IMG/VR virus record: IMGVR_UViG_3300045988_103535
Source of the DNA: a virus
Length of the DNA: 64,000 nucleotides
Reading direction: 5' to 3' (one strand)
Shown one piece after another: positions 18,073 to 26,517 of the stretch; position 1 is the first letter of the stretch, and the number at the start of each line of letters is the position of its first letter. A model generated the notes under the pieces. That model saw only the letters and a list, made by a program, of their open reading frames with translations, was not told the origin of the DNA and ran no database searches. A program made the position numbers and the translations under genes.

Positions 18073-21000
18073 ATGGCTAATTTAGAACATATACTGGAAT
18101 TAAATAATAAGTATAAAAATTCATATGGTCAGCTTGAAAAAATTCTACTAGAGGTATTAGAAAAAGGAGAAGTTTCTCAAACCGACCTTGAAGAAATGGA
18201 AAACTCAATGCAACAACAAACTGAAGATTACAATAAACTTAATGCAGCACAAAAACAAGCACAATCTGAAAATTTACAAGAACAAATTGACGATTTACGA
18301 AATACTAAGTTAGATATGAATATTGATACAGTTATAGATTTACTTACAAATGGCGGTCGAAGTACCGCCCTCTCAGTAAGTGATGATGGCACAATTATTC
18401 TAAATGCAGGTAGCTTAGAAGAATTAAATCAAATAAAATTATCGGTTGATGAACAAAGAAAAAGAATTGACGGCGTTATAGCTGATACTGAAGTTGAACA
18501 ACTTGACGGAACAAAAGTAAAACTAAAAGTATTATATTCTACTCTATCTCAAACAGTTGATGGCATTGAAACAAATGTAGGTACAATCGAAGGAGTAGCA
18601 AATGACGCTAATTCGAAAGCCAATGCGGCTATTACGCAAGCGTCTCAATTAAAACAAACTGTTGATAGTATTAAGTCAACTGTCACAAGTACCAGTACCG
18701 CAGTAGATGGGTCTATAAAAGAAACATACAATGAGTTTTATTTATCAAATAGTAATACTACTACAACAGGAGGTACTTGGGATAAAACTGCTCCTAATCC
18801 GCAGGCTGGTAAATATATATGGTTAAGAACTGTATATGTAACAAATAAAGGAGACAAAACTTATGGCAACCCTGCATGTATTACTGGAGCTAAGGGAGAT
18901 AAGGGTGACCCGGGACTTCAAGGTTTACAAGGTGAAAAAGGTGAACAAGGAGTGCCAGGTACTCCAGGTAAAAACGGGGCTGATGGTACAAACGGCACAG
19001 ATGGTAAAACATCTTATTTTCATATAAAATATTCTAGTGTAGAAAAACCTACTACAGCTGCTCAAATGTCAGAAACTCCAAATACTTTTATAGGGACTTA
19101 TGTAGATTTTGACCCATCGGATAGCACTGACCCTAAAAAATACACTTGGTACAGATTCCAAGGTTTACAAGGAGAAAAAGGAGAACAAGGAATACCTGGA
19201 GTTGGCACAGATGGGAAAACAAGCTATTTACACATAAAATATTCTGATGACGGAGGAACAACTTTTACTGCAAACAATGGCGAGACTGTAGGTACTTATA
19301 TAGGAACTTATACAGATTTTAATCAAAGTGACTCAAACGACACAAGTAGTTATACTTGGGCTAAAATTAAAGGTGAGCAAGGTAGTGATGGTGTAGGTAT
19401 AGACCATATATTAACAATATATTTTGTATCTACTTCTAAAACTACAGCTCCTACATTTGCAGAATATGGGTGGGTTCTTGATATTCCAGCTTACGTAGAA
19501 GGTAACTATTTATGGAGTGCATATAAAATTTGGTATACTGACGGTAATGTAGGATTCACCACTCCGCAATATTGTAGTGAGTGGGAGGCTAACCATAAAG
19601 CAGAAACAGCAGTATCTATAGCCACTCAAACAAGTGAGAAATTCGAATGGTTAGTAAAAAAAGGTTCTACGCAATCAAGTTTAACATTGACTGATGCGAC
19701 AATCACAGCAATAGCAAATTCTGATATAAAATTCAAAGCAAATCAAATATCATTAGAAGGACTTGTAACTGCTAATAATAATTTTAAGATATTAGCTGAT
19801 GGCTCTATTGAAGCTGTCAACGCTAAATTTACTGGAGATATATCAGGTTCTACATTTTCAAGTAAAGACGGGTCATTCAAAGTTGGAGATGACGGTAGAG
19901 TTGAATTAGATTCTCTATCTGTTAATAGTGAAATATCAACTGATATATTAACAATTAATACTATTAATAATTCTAGATATCAACCTGTATTAGACGAAGA
20001 CGTTACTATCACTATTGATAGTACAGGCGTAAATTCAGATGAATTTGAACATGGAAGTACTTATACAACATTATCTGCTTTTCAAGAAGCTTGTCCGACT
20101 AATTTAAATGGTCATGAAGTTACGTTGATATTTGCTAATGATTATGAAGGTAATTTGAATTTTACTACTCAAAATAACGGCAAAATAATATTAAACTTTA
20201 ATAACCATACAATTAAAGGCTATTTATACTTCGGTATAAAAACTATGGAATATGAATTTGCGGATAATAATAATGGCGTAATAATGCCTAATGCAGGCTA
20301 TGTAGGAGATAACGGAAATTATTCAATATTCGTATATAACACAAGTTTAAAAATATGCGATTGCAAAGTATATGCAAGTAATAGCAGCGGTAATAATAGT
20401 GGAATAGAATTTTCTTCATTTGCTCAAGGTAAAGTGGATAATGTATCTTTTGTTAATTGCTATAATGGAATACGTGCATATGTAAAATCTCAAGTATACT
20501 GCACAAATACAAAGGGGTCAACTTCATCATATGCTTTTTACAGTTTGTCAGGTTCAGATATATCATTTAGTGCTACATCTCAAACTAGTAGAAACAGTAG
20601 TACAAATCATTATAATACAAGTTCAAATGGTACTATTCATGCAGAAGGCGCAACATTCAATGGAACTACAATACCTGGCACAAATACAAATACTGACACA
20701 TCAACAGAAACTAAAACTATCACACTAACTGCCGATTATGGCGACACTTATAGAAAAACAGTTTATAACAACTGGAAAAAAGACGGTACAGTTAGACAAG
20801 GTGATTATGGTTACGGTGATTGCGTAGGTTGTTGGTTCTTCGGTAATAAATTGAGTAATTATGCTACTAAAAATATTAGTAAAATAGTAATTACATTTAC
20901 AAGACAAAGCGGAGGTAGTTATGGAGAAGTTTTACATGGAGTAAAAACACATAACTATAGTTCAAGACCAAGTAGCACACCTTCCTTTAGAAGTGACTTT

Positions 21001-21177
21001 AGTAAATCCGTGTCTGTCAGTGCAGGTTCAACTGGAATAATTACATTAACAAGTAGCACAGATATAGCAAACTTCATGAAAGCAAAAGGAGTTGGACTTG
21101 TACCTGCATCACAAGATAAAGCACATTATTCAGTATGTTCAGGTACTTGCAAAATAAAAATTACTTATGCAGAATAA
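18073..21177 (+). CDS. tail fibre / host-specificity protein with collagen-like Gly-X-Y runs
   Basis: Contains 'GAKGDKGDPGLQGLQGEKGEQGVPGTPGKNGADGTNGTDGK' and a duplicated 'DGKTSY(F/L)HIKYS...IGTY.DF..SDS.D...YTW' module. Confidence 0.7.
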   Translation: MANLEHILELNNKYKNSYGQLEKILLEVLEKGEVSQTDLEEMENSMQQQTEDYNKLNAAQKQAQSENLQEQIDDLRNTKLDMNIDTVIDLLTNGGRSTALSVSDDGTIILNAGSLEELNQIKLSVDEQRKRIDGVIADTEVEQLDGTKVKLKVLYSTLSQTVDGIETNVGTIEGVANDANSKANAAITQASQLKQTVDSIKSTVTSTSTAVDGSIKETYNEFYLSNSNTTTTGGTWDKTAPNPQAGKYIWLRTVYVTNKGDKTYGNPACITGAKGDKGDPGLQGLQGEKGEQGVPGTPGKNGADGTNGTDGKTSYFHIKYSSVEKPTTAAQMSETPNTFIGTYVDFDPSDSTDPKKYTWYRFQGLQGEKGEQGIPGVGTDGKTSYLHIKYSDDGGTTFTANNGETVGTYIGTYTDFNQSDSNDTSSYTWAKIKGEQGSDGVGIDHILTIYFVSTSKTTAPTFAEYGWVLDIPAYVEGNYLWSAYKIWYTDGNVGFTTPQYCSEWEANHKAETAVSIATQTSEKFEWLVKKGSTQSSLTLTDATITAIANSDIKFKANQISLEGLVTANNNFKILADGSIEAVNAKFTGDISGSTFSSKDGSFKVGDDGRVELDSLSVNSEISTDILTINTINNSRYQPVLDEDVTITIDSTGVNSDEFEHGSTYTTLSAFQEACPTNLNGHEVTLIFANDYEGNLNFTTQNNGKIILNFNNHTIKGYLYFGIKTMEYEFADNNNGVIMPNAGYVGDNGNYSIFVYNTSLKICDCKVYASNSSGNNSGIEFSSFAQGKVDNVSFVNCYNGIRAYVKSQVYCTNTKGSTSSYAFYSLSGSDISFSATSQTSRNSSTNHYNTSSNGTIHAEGATFNGTTIPGTNTNTDTSTETKTITLTADYGDTYRKTVYNNWKKDGTVRQGDYGYGDCVGCWFFGNKLSNYATKNISKIVITFTRQSGGSYGEVLHGVKTHNYSSRPSSTPSFRSDFSKSVSVSAGSTGIITLTSSTDIANFMKAKGVGLVPASQDKAHYSVCSGTCKIKITYAE
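18886..19398 (+). repeat. collagen-like triplet runs plus tandemly duplicated ~70-aa module inside fibre gene
   Basis: Gly-X-Y runs at 18886-19008, 19162-19218 and 19372-19398. The DNA copies differ mostly at synonymous positions. Confidence 0.7.
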
Positions 21178-21182
21178 ATATA

Positions 21183-21212
21183 GAGGTGATATTAACATAT
21201 CACCTTTCTTTT
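21183..21212 (+). terminator. rho-independent terminator
   Basis: AGGTGATAT-taac-ATATCACCT followed by TTCTTTTTAT. Confidence 0.8.
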
Positions 21213-21238
21213 TATATAATTAAGTAGAGGTGATTTAT

Positions 21239-21394
21239 ATGTCCGATATTGAAGTTATGTTAAACTTATACAAAAAACAATTAGCTGACGCAATAGAAGA
21301 ATGTAATCTATTCAAGGCTAAATATATTGTTTTACAACAACAGTATGAAAAATTAAAACAAGAAAAGGAGGAAAATAAAAAAGATGATAAGTAG
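21239..21394 (+). CDS. 51-aa coiled-coil protein (not in ORF track)
   Basis: GAGGTGA SD. Translates to MSDIEVMLNLYKKQLADAIEECNLFKAKYIVLQQQYEKLKQEKEENKKDDK. Overlaps the next start. Confidence 0.35.
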   Translation: MSDIEVMLNLYKKQLADAIEECNLFKAKYIVLQQQYEKLKQEKEENKKDDK

Positions 21395-23102
21395 AGATTG
21401 CATTATAACAGTAAATGGGAATACAGCAACTATAGATAGTGACATCTATTTATACAAATACGATAAAAATATTCAATTAGTTTTTTCAATAATTAATAGC
21501 AAATATATGTATGATAATGATGACTCTAATAATTTAATAAAAAGTATGCAAGCAGCATACGCTCAGGTTAAATTTAAAAAAGACGACTCAGCCGACATAG
21601 AAATTGAATTTGATATTCAAGCTACACGTGAAGGAGCTGTTTTACTTACAATAAACGAAGAACTTACAGATGAGGATACTGAATTAGGTGAATATACAAT
21701 ACAGATAAGATTATTAGACTCTAATAAAAACTCAGTTGTAACATTACCACCGGTAGAATCTTGTATTCATATTCTAGCTCCATTATTCGAAAAAATGGGA
21801 GCAAATACTAATGAAGTTAATAAGGCAGTAGTTAATAAAGCAGTAGCAAGATATGCCGCACCATTATCCGCTACTACAGAAGATGGAACATTTAATTCAA
21901 AAACATGGGTTGACGGTACTAAAATTACAACTGCTGAGCTTAATAGAATGGAGACAGGAATAAAAACTAATAGTACACAACTTAAAGATGTTGTGAACAG
22001 ACTAGAAATAATTCCGATAAAAAATACACACCATATTATTCAAAATGGAGTACCAGTTTCTCAACAAAATATAAATTTAGATGGAACTGATTATAAGGCA
22101 TATTTATTTAATGATGAACAAATAACAGTACCAGACAACTTAGTATTAGGAAATTTTGAAAATAAGTTTTTAGCTTTATATTCCGATTCTAATAAATTGG
22201 TAAATGCCATTGTCACATATAATGATGGTACAAATAATATAACAAAAGAAGTAGAGTTGACAGGTAACGATTATTCCAGTTCGAAAACGCTTTCTTATAC
22301 TGAAGAAGGCACATCTAAGTCATTTACAATAGAATTTGGATTCGATAATAACACTAATGAATTTTATATATATGTTGATGATTATTCATACGATGATGGT
22401 TCTGATACATTTTATGAGGTGAAAAATGTTTCTCTTTCATATTTGCAAATTACCAATTTATTAGATGATGATTATTTAAAAAGTATTGATTATTCTAAAA
22501 TTAAAAATATCCCTTCTAAGTTAAATGCCCTTGTAAATGGTTCAATAAAAACTTTAGATACTGGGGAATACGCATCTTTATTCGATAATTTATTTATTTG
22601 GGACGCTAATAAAATAAATGAGAAATTAGATAGTACAAGTGGGGTAAAACAGAATCAATATTATAATCATAATATAAAAATTAAACAAAAAGATAGTGAA
22701 GGAATAGGTTATGGTCAATATATACCAGCTTCTGTTATGACTGAATATAAATTATTTGTTTCAGCAGGTAGTGATGTTATAATAAAAGTTTATAATAGAA
22801 AATCTAAAGAATTAATAACTGAACTTTCAGATTTTTCTAATGGCGGATATCAAACAATTACTATAAGTGATTCATATTCAGACACAGATGGTATATTTAT
22901 TGCTTTTACAGTTAAAGATAATGTAACAGATTTTTATGGTAATACCTATGTTAATGATTTAGTTCTATGTAACCCAAGTGGATTTTTAACTAAACAAGAT
23001 GTAAATAATAAAGTCGATAAATCTCAATTGTCATTTAACTCTAATGGAGAACTGGTCGTGACTATAGATGGAGTTAGTAAAACATTCGTACCTAAAGCCT
23101 AA
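21384..23102 (+). CDS. second tail fibre / receptor-binding protein candidate
   Basis: 572-aa beta-rich protein between the fibre and the lysis cassette. The N-terminus resembles baseplate-upper-protein-type domains. By-eye call only. Confidence 0.45.
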   Translation: MISRDCIITVNGNTATIDSDIYLYKYDKNIQLVFSIINSKYMYDNDDSNNLIKSMQAAYAQVKFKKDDSADIEIEFDIQATREGAVLLTINEELTDEDTELGEYTIQIRLLDSNKNSVVTLPPVESCIHILAPLFEKMGANTNEVNKAVVNKAVARYAAPLSATTEDGTFNSKTWVDGTKITTAELNRMETGIKTNSTQLKDVVNRLEIIPIKNTHHIIQNGVPVSQQNINLDGTDYKAYLFNDEQITVPDNLVLGNFENKFLALYSDSNKLVNAIVTYNDGTNNITKEVELTGNDYSSSKTLSYTEEGTSKSFTIEFGFDNNTNEFYIYVDDYSYDDGSDTFYEVKNVSLSYLQITNLLDDDYLKSIDYSKIKNIPSKLNALVNGSIKTLDTGEYASLFDNLFIWDANKINEKLDSTSGVKQNQYYNHNIKIKQKDSEGIGYGQYIPASVMTEYKLFVSAGSDVIIKVYNRKSKELITELSDFSNGGYQTITISDSYSDTDGIFIAFTVKDNVTDFYGNTYVNDLVLCNPSGFLTKQDVNNKVDKSQLSFNSNGELVVTIDGVSKTFVPKA

Positions 23103-23139
23103 TTTAAATTAGCAATTTAAAAATATTATGTACTATTTA

Positions 23140-23172
23140 AAACTACTTACTATATATGTAAGTAGTTTTTTA
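23140..23172 (+). terminator. rho-independent terminator
   Basis: AAACTACTTAC-N7-GTAAGTAGTTT followed by TTTTATTT. Confidence 0.8.
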
Positions 23173-23193
23173 TTTATAGTTTTATACCTACTT

Positions 23194-23211
23194 ATAATAT
23201 AATATAAGTAA
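23194..23211 (+). promoter_or_regulatory. -10-only promoter-like box upstream of lysis cassette
   Basis: TATAATATAATATAAGTA matches the conserved -10/ATAAGTA block, but no GTTAACA or TTGACA lies 17 nt upstream. Confidence 0.3.
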
Positions 23212-23226
23212 CAAGGAGGTATTAGC

Positions 23227-23541
23227 ATGGGAGTAAATTCTATATTATACTTAGCAAGTCTTCTAACTGCGCTTACTATAATTGTTACAACTTTTTTCAA
23301 AGTATGCAAAGCAATGAAAGCAGTATATGATAAAATTCATGAATTTCAAGAAATAATGGAAGAAAATACAATGTATACTTTAAAACTTGTTATTTTGAAT
23401 GAAAATTTATCATTGGAGGAACGAATTCACGCAGGCGATAGATATATCGAATTGCATGGTAATGGTTATGTACATTCAATATATGACCAGTTAAAAAAGG
23501 AGGTTGAACAACAACATGAGCATGATACAAGAGTTAATTAA
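23227..23541 (+). CDS. membrane protein, holin-like
   Basis: N-terminal TM 'ILYLASLLTALTIIVTTFF'. First gene of the lysis cassette. Confidence 0.4.
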   Translation: MGVNSILYLASLLTALTIIVTTFFKVCKAMKAVYDKIHEFQEIMEENTMYTLKLVILNENLSLEERIHAGDRYIELHGNGYVHSIYDQLKKEVEQQHEHDTRVN

Positions 23542-23866
23542 TCAAATAGCAGGAAATATTATTCAAACATTTCTAGCAGTCATAGTAGCATATATAGGTA
23601 TAGTCGGAAAAAGACTGTATCAAAAATATGTAAATACAGAACTGAAAAAAATTGTAGTAAAAGATTGCGTAAAAGCAGTAGAACAAATTTATAAAGATAT
23701 TCATGGCGACGATAAAAAAGCACAATGTGAAAATCATATAGTCCAATTATTGTATGAGTATGGTATAACTATTACTCAAGCAGAATTAGATATAATGATT
23801 GAGTCAGCTGTGCAAGAACTTAACAAAACTTTAAAAGAGGATAAAACAATAGGGTTTAAAAAATAG
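23516..23866 (+). CDS. holin (LL-H-like, single N-terminal TM)
   Basis: ATG at 23516 lies 12 nt after GGAGG; the track TTG at 23504 abuts the SD. TM 'IIQTFLAVIVAYIGIVG'. Directly upstream of the endolysin. Confidence 0.5.
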   Translation: MSMIQELINQIAGNIIQTFLAVIVAYIGIVGKRLYQKYVNTELKKIVVKDCVKAVEQIYKDIHGDDKKAQCENHIVQLLYEYGITITQAELDIMIESAVQELNKTLKEDKTIGFKK

Positions 23867-23877
23867 GAGTTGATATA

Positions 23878-24651
23878 ATGTCGAGTAAAATAAACAATCA
23901 TAAATTAGTACATGGCAGTACTATTGGTCATGCCAGCGTTGTTGTTAGAGATTTAATGACTTCAGGTAAAGTAGTGCCAAGTTATTCATTAACACCTTCA
24001 TATATTACAATTCATAATGTCGGCGACGATGATGTTCCAGGTGTGACATGGGATAAAGCATTACGTAATGCTAATAAATATGGTAAATCTGGAGGTTATA
24101 GAATAGCATCGTGGCATGTTACAGTAGACTATAATAAAATATATCAAGAAATACCATTTAACAAAGTAGCATGGCACGCAGGCGACGGAGAATACGGAAA
24201 AGGAAATAGACATTCAATAGGTATAGAAAACTGCCAGTATTCACGTGATAAAACAAAACAAAAATTAGTCTGGGAAAATTGCGCAGCCTTATGCGTTGAA
24301 CTAACAAAAGAATATTCTATACCAACTAACCATATAGTACAACATTATTATTGGACTAAAAAAGATTGCCCATATTTATTAAGACATAAACGTTTTGGAT
24401 ATGACTGGACTTGGTTTATGAATTTAGTAAAAGGAGCAAAACCAGTAGACACAGAATTCAAATCTTATGTAGTTAGAATAATAGTAGACGAGTTAAATAT
24501 TAGAACAGGTCCTTCTACCTCATATGAAAAAGTTGGCGAACTTCACAAAGGCGACGCATACACAATAATAGAAGAAAAAAACAACTGGGGTAGACTTAAA
24601 TCTGGAGCCGGTTGGATTTCATTAAGTAATAAATATGTAGAAAAAATATAA
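23878..24651 (+). CDS. endolysin: N-acetylmuramoyl-L-alanine amidase (Amidase_2/PGRP) + SH3b
   Basis: Motifs 'ITIHNVG', 'SWHVTVD', 'AWHAGDG', 'HSIGIENC' and 'HYYWTKKDCP'. The C-terminal 'LNIRTGPSTSYEKVGELHKGDAYTIIEEKNNWGRLKSGAGWISL' is SH3b-like. Confidence 0.9.
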   Translation: MSSKINNHKLVHGSTIGHASVVVRDLMTSGKVVPSYSLTPSYITIHNVGDDDVPGVTWDKALRNANKYGKSGGYRIASWHVTVDYNKIYQEIPFNKVAWHAGDGEYGKGNRHSIGIENCQYSRDKTKQKLVWENCAALCVELTKEYSIPTNHIVQHYYWTKKDCPYLLRHKRFGYDWTWFMNLVKGAKPVDTEFKSYVVRIIVDELNIRTGPSTSYEKVGELHKGDAYTIIEEKNNWGRLKSGAGWISLSNKYVEKI

Positions 24652-24660
24652 ATACGAAAT

Positions 24661-24690
24661 AGACCCAATATATCGGGTCTATTTTTTTTT
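24661..24690 (+). terminator. rho-independent terminator ending the late region
   Basis: AGACCC-N8-GGGTCT followed by a T9 run. Confidence 0.75.
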
Positions 24691-24723
24691 ATAAAAAAAA
24701 GTGAAAAAATTTACTTCAGATAC

Positions 24724-24752
24724 TTGACTTATTACATACAAAAGTATATAAT
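24724..24752 (+). promoter_or_regulatory. early sigma-A-type promoter, repeat copy 1
   Basis: TTGACT (24724-29), 17 nt, TATAAT (24747-52). An A-rich UP-like tract lies upstream. Confidence 0.75.
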
Positions 24753-24799
24753 ATAAGTATAAAGAAAAACAAATAAGAAATAAAAAGGTGGTATGAAAA

Positions 24800-25789
24800 A
24801 TGAAAAAAAGCGAATTAGGTACATTAATCATAGGTAGTCAAATAGAAAATAAAAAGAACGGCGAAGTTTTTACAATAAATAATATTACAGAAATAGATAG
24901 TAAAGTAAAATATCAATTATCAAACGATAAAACAATATCTGCATCATCAATGTTAAGATGGTACAATCTAGTACAACCTGAAACAGTAGAACAAGTTGAA
25001 TTACCAATAGTACCAGTTGAAACAGTAGAACCTGTAGAACAAGTTGAACCTGAAACAGAACAACCTACTACAGAAGTTGAAACAGTAGAACCTGAACCTG
25101 TAGAACCTGAAACAGTTGAACCTGAACCTACTCCAGATGTTAAATTAACAGATTTAGAAAAAGAAGCTATGTGGATATTAAAAACTAATGAGTATGATAA
25201 CTGTTTCGATAGAAGTTGTGGCGTAGCTAGTACATGGGATTTTGTAATTACTGAAAACATTAGCTGTGGAATACAAGGAGCAAAAGGTGTTTTAGGTAGT
25301 CTTGTTAGAAAAGGACTTGTTATAATAGATACTGAAGGCGAATATAATAAAAACTCAAAACAATATGACCATGGCATCACACTTACAGATTTAGGTTATA
25401 AAGTAGGTCTTAAAGCATTAGAAACTTTTAACCCGGACAACATTAAACCAGTAGAACCTAAACAAGTAAATGTTAACACTAGCAACGATTTAGCAAACGA
25501 AATATTTGATTATTTTACAACTCAACAAAATACATTCACATTAAAACATAATTCAGACCATTCAGTTATTAAGCTAGGTCGCAAGAAATTAGTTGAAATA
25601 TATGTTAGTAATACAGAAGTAACAGTTGCAGTTAGACAAGAACTATATAGCGAAGACGAACAAGCAAACTTAGATAATAGCAGAATTGTTAAAGACTATG
25701 CTTTCACTCTAAAATTCAAAGTACATTCATTAGATGAATTTAAATCAGTTGTAAATCGTGCTAGCGTTTATGTTCCAGTTAAAAAATAG
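24800..25789 (+). CDS. early protein with Pro/Glu/Val-rich tandem repeat linker
   Basis: First gene after early promoter copy 1. Contains 'VEPVEQVEPETEQPTTEVETVEPEPVEPETVEPEPTP' and then 'LVRKGLVIIDTEG'. Confidence 0.65.
   Translation: MKKSELGTLIIGSQIENKKNGEVFTINNITEIDSKVKYQLSNDKTISASSMLRWYNLVQPETVEQVELPIVPVETVEPVEQVEPETEQPTTEVETVEPEPVEPETVEPEPTPDVKLTDLEKEAMWILKTNEYDNCFDRSCGVASTWDFVITENISCGIQGAKGVLGSLVRKGLVIIDTEGEYNKNSKQYDHGITLTDLGYKVGLKALETFNPDNIKPVEPKQVNVNTSNDLANEIFDYFTTQQNTFTLKHNSDHSVIKLGRKKLVEIYVSNTEVTVAVRQELYSEDEQANLDNSRIVKDYAFTLKFKVHSLDEFKSVVNRASVYVPVKK
24975..25135 (+). repeat. imperfect tandem repeats (GAAACAGTAGAACCTG-like units) encoding the PE-rich linker
   Basis: Repeated gttgaaacagtagaacct / gaacctgaa units are visible in the DNA. 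Confidence 0.7.
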
Positions 25790-25795
25790 TAACCT

Positions 25796-25836
25796 TTAAC
25801 CCCTTCAAATTATGGAGGGGTTAATAAAAAAATTTT
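25796..25836 (+). terminator. hairpin, probable terminator
   Basis: TTAACCCCT-N11-AGGGGTTAA. It is followed by an A7 then a T4 run rather than a clean U-tract. Confidence 0.45.
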
Positions 25837-25856
25837 AATAAATTTATGCAAAACAC

Positions 25857-25885
25857 TTGACTTATTACATAGAAAAGTATATAAT
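25857..25885 (+). promoter_or_regulatory. early sigma-A-type promoter, repeat copy 2
   Basis: TTGACT-N17-TATAAT. Shares ~65 bp with copy 1 and ~58 bp with copy 3. Confidence 0.75.
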
Positions 25886-25937
25886 ATAAGTATAAAGAAA
25901 AACAAATAAGAAATAAAAAGTAAAGGGGATATGAAAA

Positions 25938-26186
25938 ATGATGAAATTTGAAGAAAGAAAAACAATGGAAGTATTAGATTTATTAACAGAAAGCATGAAA
26001 GAAGCACAAGACCAAACAGGTGAACAACCTACATTATATGCAGAAACAATAGCAGACGAATTAGCTTATAGAGAAAACACTACATACGATGATTATTTTC
26101 AAGTATTAGTTGAAAAAGCATTAGACGAATTACAAACAATGGGACTTATAGAAGTAGACGATACTAATAAAGTAACAGTTTTATAA
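25938..26186 (+). CDS. small highly acidic early protein
   Basis: 82 aa with about 20 D/E versus 7 K/R. G-run SD (AAAGGGGA). Ends with 'LQTMGLIEVDD'. Confidence 0.6.
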   Translation: MMKFEERKTMEVLDLLTESMKEAQDQTGEQPTLYAETIADELAYRENTTYDDYFQVLVEKALDELQTMGLIEVDDTNKVTVL

Positions 26187-26195
26187 TAAATATGA

Positions 26196-26221
26196 GTTAG
26201 GAGGTTCTCAACAAAAACCTC
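26196..26221 (+). promoter_or_regulatory. conserved intercistronic hairpin element, copy 1
   Basis: GAGGTT-N9-AACCTC, then AATATAAAATAAAAAGGGGATATGAAAAATG. Homologous to 58952-59013. Confidence 0.4.
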
Positions 26222-26249
26222 AATATAAAATAAAAAGGGGATATGAAAA

Positions 26250-26495
26250 ATGAAGTCAATGATATATGATAGTCGATTAAAAAGAGAATATTATAATTTA
26301 AGAGAAGACAATAATACTGTAGATTTTTATAGTTATACGTGGATTGATGAATTTGAAGCATATGCACCAAGTGAAAATCATACTTTTAAATTAGATAATG
26401 AAGGTTATAAAAATTGGAATGAATTTGTTGAACATATACGTCAATTTGGATTTTTAACAATAGAAGAAATAAAAATAAAAAGTACTTGTAGATAA
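26250..26495 (+). CDS. hypothetical early protein
   Basis: G-run SD. 81 aa. No motif recognised. Confidence 0.6.
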   Translation: MKSMIYDSRLKREYYNLREDNNTVDFYSYTWIDEFEAYAPSENHTFKLDNEGYKNWNEFVEHIRQFGFLTIEEIKIKSTCR

Positions 26496-26517
26496 AAATA
26501 TACAAGGAGGCGGAAAA

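Noticed and set aside
18073-21177. A diversity-generating retroelement acting on the duplicated fibre module.
   Set aside because: No reverse transcriptase gene or template repeat exists outside the gene. Differences between the copies are not adenine-specific.
24975-25135. Short tandem repeats that could be mistaken for a CRISPR-like or VNTR array.
   Set aside because: The units are contiguous with no spacers and are in-frame. They encode a Pro/Glu/Val-rich linker inside a well-supported ORF.
25810-26007. Hydrophobic minus-strand ORFs over the early promoter repeats (25810-26007 and 58515-58709).
   Set aside because: They are the reverse complement of the repeated A-rich promoter and leader sequence (poly-Phe/Leu). 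They span a consensus + strand promoter and an RBS.
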